Source: Candidatus Scalindua sp.
GTDB lineage: Bacteria > Planctomycetota > Brocadiia > Brocadiales > Scalinduaceae
Length of the DNA: 32,000 bases
Assembly (NCBI GenBank): GCA_031316235.1
Contig: JALDRA010000001.1
Span: forward strand, 1,170,001 to 1,202,000
Direction: 5' to 3'
The notes beneath the pieces were generated by a model that did not search any database, was not told the origin of the DNA, and worked only from the letters and a program-made list of their open reading frames with translations. Shown piece after piece: positions 26,505 through 32,000 of this stretch; within the stretch, counting starts at the first letter, position 1; each line of letters opens with the position of its first letter. A program made the position numbers and the translations under genes.

Positions 26505-26616
26505 TATACTCATCTTATAATGGTTTTCGGATAAAATCCGAGATAAAATTGAGCGAGTATACCTTCACCAGGATCTGGTTTCCGGTAAAACCGAAAACCA
26601 AATCGGTTTCAGTATA
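26505..26616 (+). repeat. MITE-like repeat family A, short form (112 bp)
   Basis: The left end is tatact-catcttataa-tggttttcgg. The reverse complement of the right end is tatact-gaaaccgatt-tggttttcgg. This copy gives the cleanest view of the terminal inverted repeats. Confidence 0.9.
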
Positions 26617-26710
26617 GAAGTTTTTGATAGAGGAGGTAGTATTGCTCCAATAGTGTGACCTGAACCGATTTCTCCAGAATAGATTTAAAATGGCAGGAAT
26701 AGATAAGATT

Positions 26711-29700
26711 TCAATCATTTTTTCTTGTTCCGGCCAGTTCAAGCTGGTGAATAGAATGTTCTTTATCCAGAGCTTCTTCTCCATGACAATGAATGCGTCT
26801 TAGATCATTTTTTATCGTAAAGGCCGTTTCGGCAGATTGAACATCATCTCTTTCGTAAAGTTTTTTACCTATATCTTCAAACATATCCCCCAAATCGTCA
26901 AGACCTCTCAGGGTGATACTCCGAGGCAAATTCAATGCTTTTAATAATTGATCACAATCGGCAACAACATCTTCGTACTTATCCAGGACTATATTACTCT
27001 TACAGATAAGGAGCCTGACAGCAAAGAGAGTCGGATCAATATCAACCGCCTTCCTCCAGAAAGAGACAGCTTCTTCAATGCATCCTCTTTTTACTTTGAC
27101 TTGACCAATCTTAAACATCGTATCCGCTGACGGTTCATTCATATTCAGGAGTTTTACATACGTCTCTTCCGCCTTATCAAGATCATTCCTTTCTCTGTAA
27201 AATTCACCCAGAAGAGTCAGGCAATCCCTGATGTCAGCAGATTCAGCGACAGCTTTGTCAATCTCGGACTCACCCCTGGCTATCTGATTGTCAGATAAAT
27301 AAAAGAATCCTCTCAGGAGGTGTATCTTCCATTTGTGCCCGATCGTATGAAATGTACAGGAGTTATATCCTTTCGGTTCTTTTGTTGCTTCATCCAACAA
27401 TGCTAAATACTTTTCTGAGACTTCCAGAAAATTGTCGTACCTTTTCAAATCAGCGTATACGAATGCAAGAATACAGAAACCATCTACGTATCTGTTATCG
27501 AGTCCAATGAGCTTCAATGCATAGAACTCTGCCTCCTGGAGCCTCCCTGATCCATAACCTGCCGCACTGATCACATAATAGGATACTAAGAAGTCTCTTA
27601 TATTCAGTTTTTTTATTTCTGTTAATTCCAGAGCCGTTTTACTCTCCCTGATAGCTTTTCCATATTCACCTTTTTCTAAATACAGGATTCCAAGATATCG
27701 GTAAGGAACCGGATTGCATGGATCCGTTCTTATCTGCTTTTGTAACAAACAATATGTCCGTACGAACTTTTTCTCCATCTCTTTTTCCGATAAATTATAT
27801 CCATAGTGGGTTATACTTATTGATGATTCTAGACATTTCCCCCTGAATGATAAAACGTTGTGAACAATTCCATCATACCGTGTACCCTGGAAATTTCTGA
27901 AGAGGCGGATGGAGTTTGTGTATGATTCATTATGAGAGTTCCTTGACCTGCTTTTGACAACAAAGGATATGGCTGAATACCCGTTACCCTTTATTAATTC
28001 CTTGATCCTTGAAATATCAGATTTGTTTAACTCCTCATCTGCGTCCATTATGAGTATCCATTTGGAAGTTGCGTACTGCAGGGAATAGTTCCTTGCCTTG
28101 CTGAAACTGTTTTCCCATGCATGGTAATAGACATCGGCACCATATCTCTGTGCAATCTCCACTGTCCTGTCTCTTGAACCGGTATCAACAATTATCATCT
28201 CATCAACCAGTGAGTTAACACTGTCAAGACACCTCGCAAGATTGCCTTCCTCATCCTTTACGATCATGCAGAGAGAAACAGTAGATCTACGGCCGGAGAT
28301 TTCTCCTGCCTGAAGTCTGGTCCGAGCCTCCGGAGTTGTTTCAATTGGTGAAATCGTACCTGAATCCTGCATTAACCGTCTCTTTTGATCGGTGATGAAA
28401 CCTCCTGAAGATTTTCTGGTAACAAGCTTTTTTGCGTTAAAATCCGGCATCTTCTCTGCTAATGCTTCTCCCACTCGATTAAAAACTCCAGCCCAATCAC
28501 CTGGATGAGTCTGACGAAATAGACGCATACTCGGATACCATGGACTGTCCTCACGATTCATTAACCAGCGCCAGTCTGGCACGAACGGCAGGAGTATCCA
28601 TACCGGTTTGCCAAGAGCGCCGGCAAGATGTGCTACTGCGGTATCGACAGAAATAACGAGATCAAGATTAGCAATTACCGCTGCCGTGTCTGAAAAGTCA
28701 TCCAGCTTATCTTCCAGATTGATGATGTCCATACCCTCAGGCGGAGAGAGCACTTCAACTGAAGCCGGGCCCTTTTGCAGAGAGTAGAATTTCAATCCCG
28801 GAATCTCAGACAGGTCAGCAAAAGCACGTAAAGTGCACGATTTCTTAAGACAGATAGTGCGGTTCTCCGGATTCCCTGACCAAACAATACCAATTCTGAA
28901 GCAGTCATTACCGGCAAGGAGTTTCTGCCATTCATCAGCAAGTCTGAGATCTGCCACAATATAGGGGACAGGAGATGGTATCGTTTCAAGTTTTGTATCA
29001 AATATTCCAGGCAGGCTCATAAGAGGAATATGGAAATCAAATTCCTGAGCCGGATATCCGGAAGTGGACATTTCAACGATTTCATCGATTCCGTTACCGT
29101 TTTCTAAAAGCTTAAGGAGCTGAGGCCAGCACTCAAAGATTACACGGCCACCTTTTGACTGGACCAGGGGCAGATAACGGGCAAATTGTATCGTGTCACC
29201 AAAGCCCTGCTCAGCGTGTACGAGGATACTCTCACCATTGAGAGGAGAACCTTTCCATTCAGGCTGTTGCAGTGTTTTTAACGCATACTCCTTTGTGCAC
29301 AATCTCTTCTCATATTCTGGCCAGGCTTCAGTAAAACGCCCTTTCAACAGCAACAACATGGACCTGTTAAATTGAGCTTCTCCATAATCCGTTTTTGATG
29401 CGATTGCCTTGTCAAAGGCAAGAAGTGCTTCGTTTAATCTTCCCTGTTCCTGGAGAACTATTCCGCAGTTATTATGAGCTTCTGCATTATCGGGGCTGAG
29501 GCTTATCGCACGGGAAAGAGCACACAGAGATTCATCGTACCGTCCTTGATCCTTGAGAGTTACTCCCAGATTATTATGTGCCTCTATATAGTCTGGGTTG
29601 AAAGTAATCGCTTTCCTGTAATGTCTTACTGCTTCATCCAGCCTGCACTCCCGTTTCAATGCATTGGCGAGATTATAGTGTGCATCAGCATAATCAGGTT

Positions 29701-30106
29701 TCAGTACAATCGCGTATTTATAATTTGCAATGGCCTCATCAGACCTGCCCATCTCTATTAATACAGCCCCAAGATTGTTGTAGATCTCTGCATGGTCAGA
29801 CTTCAGCTTCATCGCATTTCCATAACTTGCAGCGGCCTCTTCAAATTTCCCCTGTTTCTGTAAAATAACTCCCAGAATATTATATGTTTCAGCATCTTCA
29901 GGTTTGAGCATAATCGCCTCCTTAACCAGTTCTGATGCCCTCTCAAGATCCCCCTTCTGCAGACTCAGGGTACTTAAGAGAATTAATGCGGCTGTCTGTC
30001 CCGGTTCTATATCCAGGAGATTTCGGTATGATGTTTCTGCTGCAGCAAGGTTACCATCCTTATGATATTTGAGGGCTTTGTGAAATAAATCCTCGGAATT
30101 TTCCAT
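26711..30106 (-). CDS. multidomain protein: TPR - GT9-like (heptosyltransferase-fold) - GT2 - TPR
   Basis: aa 1-265 are TPR repeats. aa ~290-555 are GT9-like (HAEQGFGDTIQFARYLP; ISVDTAVAHLAGALGKPVWILLP). aa 609-800 are GT2 (SLCMIVKDEEGNLARCLDSV..IIVDTGSRDRTVEIA..MDADEE). aa 800-1131 are TPR-like. Confidence 0.85.
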   Translation of the reverse strand: MENSEDLFHKALKYHKDGNLAAAETSYRNLLDIEPGQTAALILLSTLSLQKGDLERASELVKEAIMLKPEDAETYNILGVILQKQGKFEEAAASYGNAMKLKSDHAEIYNNLGAVLIEMGRSDEAIANYKYAIVLKPDYADAHYNLANALKRECRLDEAVRHYRKAITFNPDYIEAHNNLGVTLKDQGRYDESLCALSRAISLSPDNAEAHNNCGIVLQEQGRLNEALLAFDKAIASKTDYGEAQFNRSMLLLLKGRFTEAWPEYEKRLCTKEYALKTLQQPEWKGSPLNGESILVHAEQGFGDTIQFARYLPLVQSKGGRVIFECWPQLLKLLENGNGIDEIVEMSTSGYPAQEFDFHIPLMSLPGIFDTKLETIPSPVPYIVADLRLADEWQKLLAGNDCFRIGIVWSGNPENRTICLKKSCTLRAFADLSEIPGLKFYSLQKGPASVEVLSPPEGMDIINLEDKLDDFSDTAAVIANLDLVISVDTAVAHLAGALGKPVWILLPFVPDWRWLMNREDSPWYPSMRLFRQTHPGDWAGVFNRVGEALAEKMPDFNAKKLVTRKSSGGFITDQKRRLMQDSGTISPIETTPEARTRLQAGEISGRRSTVSLCMIVKDEEGNLARCLDSVNSLVDEMIIVDTGSRDRTVEIAQRYGADVYYHAWENSFSKARNYSLQYATSKWILIMDADEELNKSDISRIKELIKGNGYSAISFVVKSRSRNSHNESYTNSIRLFRNFQGTRYDGIVHNVLSFRGKCLESSISITHYGYNLSEKEMEKKFVRTYCLLQKQIRTDPCNPVPYRYLGILYLEKGEYGKAIRESKTALELTEIKKLNIRDFLVSYYVISAAGYGSGRLQEAEFYALKLIGLDNRYVDGFCILAFVYADLKRYDNFLEVSEKYLALLDEATKEPKGYNSCTFHTIGHKWKIHLLRGFFYLSDNQIARGESEIDKAVAESADIRDCLTLLGEFYRERNDLDKAEETYVKLLNMNEPSADTMFKIGQVKVKRGCIEEAVSFWRKAVDIDPTLFAVRLLICKSNIVLDKYEDVVADCDQLLKALNLPRSITLRGLDDLGDMFEDIGKKLYERDDVQSAETAFTIKNDLRRIHCHGEEALDKEHSIHQLELAGTRKND

Positions 30107-30146
30107 AGATCATGAAATGCAGATAAATTCTAAAATCATACAAATT

Positions 30147-30164
30147 TATACTCATCTTATAATG
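30147..30164 (+). repeat. family A repeat, left-terminus fragment
   Basis: Only tatactcatcttataatg is present, in the 82-nt gap between the two TPR-GT genes. Confidence 0.4.
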
Positions 30165-30188
30165 AACAGAGATTTAAAATGGTAATTC

Positions 30189-32000
30189 CTACAGAATCAT
30201 ATCGGCTTCAGTCTCTTTCCCGGAAGTCTTTAACCTGAAATCTTCCACCTCTTTTGTGAGAGCATCCTTCACGCGTTCTATCACTCCTTCCCATCCATCC
30301 CGATGTGTCTGCCGAAACAAGCGCATACCAGGGTACCACTGACTCTCTTCACGTTTCAACATCCAGCGCCAATCAGGTGAAAATGGCAGTAATGTCCATA
30401 CCGGTTTGCCGAGGGCACCAGCCAGATGTGCAACTGCGGTATCTACCGAAATCACAAGATCAAGATTTTCAATAACGGCTGCGGTATCTGCAAAGTCATG
30501 CAACTCTTTTTCCAGATTATGGATTGTCATATTTTCCGGTGGATGCAATGCTTCAGCAGCAGCTCTACCTTTTTGAAGTGAATAGAAGGTCAATTCTGAA
30601 ATCTCAGCTAACGGGGAAAAATCATTCAGCGTACAAGAACGATTGGAATAGACATAATTACGGGATGGACCGCCTGCCCAGACAATCCCAGTTTTAAAAG
30701 AATTTTTATTGCTGCATATATTACCCCATTCAGCTGAAAGTCCGGGATCAACCTGAATATACGGCCCCCTTGAAGGTATAGTATCCAGTGTTGTTCCAAA
30801 GATCCCCGGTAAGCTGAGGAGAGGCACTTGAAAATCGAACATTTCTGACAGCTCACCGGAAGAGTTCCGTGCTAAAATTTTATCAATACCTTCACAGCGC
30901 CTTAAGAGAGATACCAGAGCCGGCTGGCATTCAAAAACCACATATCCACCTCGCGACTGAATCATTGGAAGATACCGTACAAATTGAATTGTATCACCGA
31001 AACCCTGTTCTGAATGCACAAGTACAGTCCTCTTGTTGAGCAAGGAACCGTTCCATCGTGGCTTCGGAAAGTTTCTGGAATTGTAACGTTCAGTCCGTAA
31101 TCGCCATTCATACTCCGGCCACCCCTCTTGATAGTTTCCCGACAAGAGCAACGCAATTGATTTATTCAGATGTGCCATGGCAAAGTCTGGCTTGAGAGCG
31201 ATTGCACGGTTACTGCTCGCAACGGCCTCTGCAAGTTTTCCCTGCTCCTGCAGTGCAGCACCAAGATTGCTGTATGCCTCCGCATAGTCCGGTTTCAGGT
31301 TCAGTGCTTTCTGGTAATTCCCGATTGCCTCTTCCAGCCTCCCCTGTTCCTGCAGTGCAGTACCCAGATTACCGTAAACAACTGCATTATCAGGTTCGAT
31401 TCCCACAGCCCTCACATAGTGAGCTACGGCTTCATCATACCTGCCCTGCCTCTTAAATGCATTCGCCAGATTATTATATGCTGCTACATAGTCTGATCTC
31501 AACGCCAATGCTTTCTGGTAATTCCCGATTGCCTCTTCCAGTCTGCCCTGTTCCTGCAGTGCGTCACCAAGATTACAAAAGGCTTCAGCATAGCCAGGCT
31601 CCCGTATGACAGCCTGTCTATAGTTTTTGATTGCCTCATCAAGCCGGTGCTGAGCCTTCAGCACATTTCCAAGATTATTGTACATTTTCCCATGGTCTGG
31701 TTTGATTTCAAGAACTCTTCTATAGATGTCTATTGCCTCATCTAATCTCCCCAATTCCTGAAGTATTGCGCCAAGATTACCACAGATTCCAACATTATCA
31801 GGATCAAGGGTCATTGCCACCTGATAGCTTCTCACTGCTTCATCCAGCATGTTTTCCTCTCTCAACACATTTGCAAGATTGGTATGTATTTCGGCATCAT
31901 GGGGACTGAGCAGCAATGCCTTCCGGTAATTCTTTATCGCCTCGCCAGATTTGCCCATTTTTTTGAGTGTATTGGCAAGGTTGTAATACCCTTCAGCATA
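30189..32000 (-). CDS. TPR - GT9-like glycosyltransferase; N-terminus beyond window edge
   Basis: It is a paralog of the first 555 aa of the neighbouring gene (HSEQGFGDTIQFVRYLP; ISVDTAVAHLAGALGKPVWTLLP). The frame stays open upstream of the track Met at 31958 (..YAEGYYNLANTLKKMGKSGEA is still TPR), so the gene continues past position 32000. Confidence 0.85.
   Translation of the reverse strand, partial: YAEGYYNLANTLKKMGKSGEAIKNYRKALLLSPHDAEIHTNLANVLREENMLDEAVRSYQVAMTLDPDNVGICGNLGAILQELGRLDEAIDIYRRVLEIKPDHGKMYNNLGNVLKAQHRLDEAIKNYRQAVIREPGYAEAFCNLGDALQEQGRLEEAIGNYQKALALRSDYVAAYNNLANAFKRQGRYDEAVAHYVRAVGIEPDNAVVYGNLGTALQEQGRLEEAIGNYQKALNLKPDYAEAYSNLGAALQEQGKLAEAVASSNRAIALKPDFAMAHLNKSIALLLSGNYQEGWPEYEWRLRTERYNSRNFPKPRWNGSLLNKRTVLVHSEQGFGDTIQFVRYLPMIQSRGGYVVFECQPALVSLLRRCEGIDKILARNSSGELSEMFDFQVPLLSLPGIFGTTLDTIPSRGPYIQVDPGLSAEWGNICSNKNSFKTGIVWAGGPSRNYVYSNRSCTLNDFSPLAEISELTFYSLQKGRAAAEALHPPENMTIHNLEKELHDFADTAAVIENLDLVISVDTAVAHLAGALGKPVWTLLPFSPDWRWMLKREESQWYPGMRLFRQTHRDGWEGVIERVKDALTKEVEDFRLKTSGKETEADMIL

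Noticed and set aside
979-30164. Whether the recurring ~112-141 bp repeats could be a CRISPR array, or a riboswitch or leader RNA family.
   Set aside because: The copies are far too long, are irregularly spaced kilobases apart, occur in both orientations and have no uniform spacers, so they are not CRISPR. They are not co-oriented with downstream genes, and they have terminal inverted repeats with TA flanks. That fits a mobile element better than a cis-regulatory RNA.

Overview
This window comes from a flagellated bacterium that looks moderately AT-rich by eye. I cannot assign a taxon from the sequence, and all homology calls rest on motifs I recognise, not on searches.

Gene content by region:
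- 1-5.5 kb: housekeeping and envelope genes. These are a partial tRNA-dihydrouridine synthase missing from the ORF track, an SSS-family symporter, PBP4/DacB and a secreted DUF1566 protein.
- 6.3-10.3 kb: a tightly packed four-gene operon. It encodes a lipoprotein retropepsin-like protease, an inactive transglutaminase fused to 7TM, a RimK-related ATP-grasp ligase and a BaxI-like membrane protein. The first three form a triad that is conserved but has no known substrate.
- 10.5-16 kb: a zinc-ribbon protein, three cold-shock paralogs (two are a near-identical 337-bp tandem duplication), recD2 and a DUF3524 glycosyltransferase homologous to eukaryotic GTDC1/QTMAN.
- 16.4-32 kb: a flagellar filament locus, fliC - small ORF - fliD - fliS - FliT/FlgN-like. 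It is flanked by a SAM methyltransferase and three large TPR-glycosyltransferase genes. One of these (1131 aa) looks like an in-frame fusion of copies of the other two types. FliD is 1033 aa and carries an internally duplicated module.

Intergenic DNA is saturated with a 112-141 bp MITE-like repeat: 8 full copies and 3 fragments, with TATACT-N10-TGGWTTTCGG terminal inverted repeats, TA flanks and an optional 28-bp hairpin. One collapsed copy appears to have been hit by a second, palindromic MITE. I found no CRISPR array, rRNA or tRNA.
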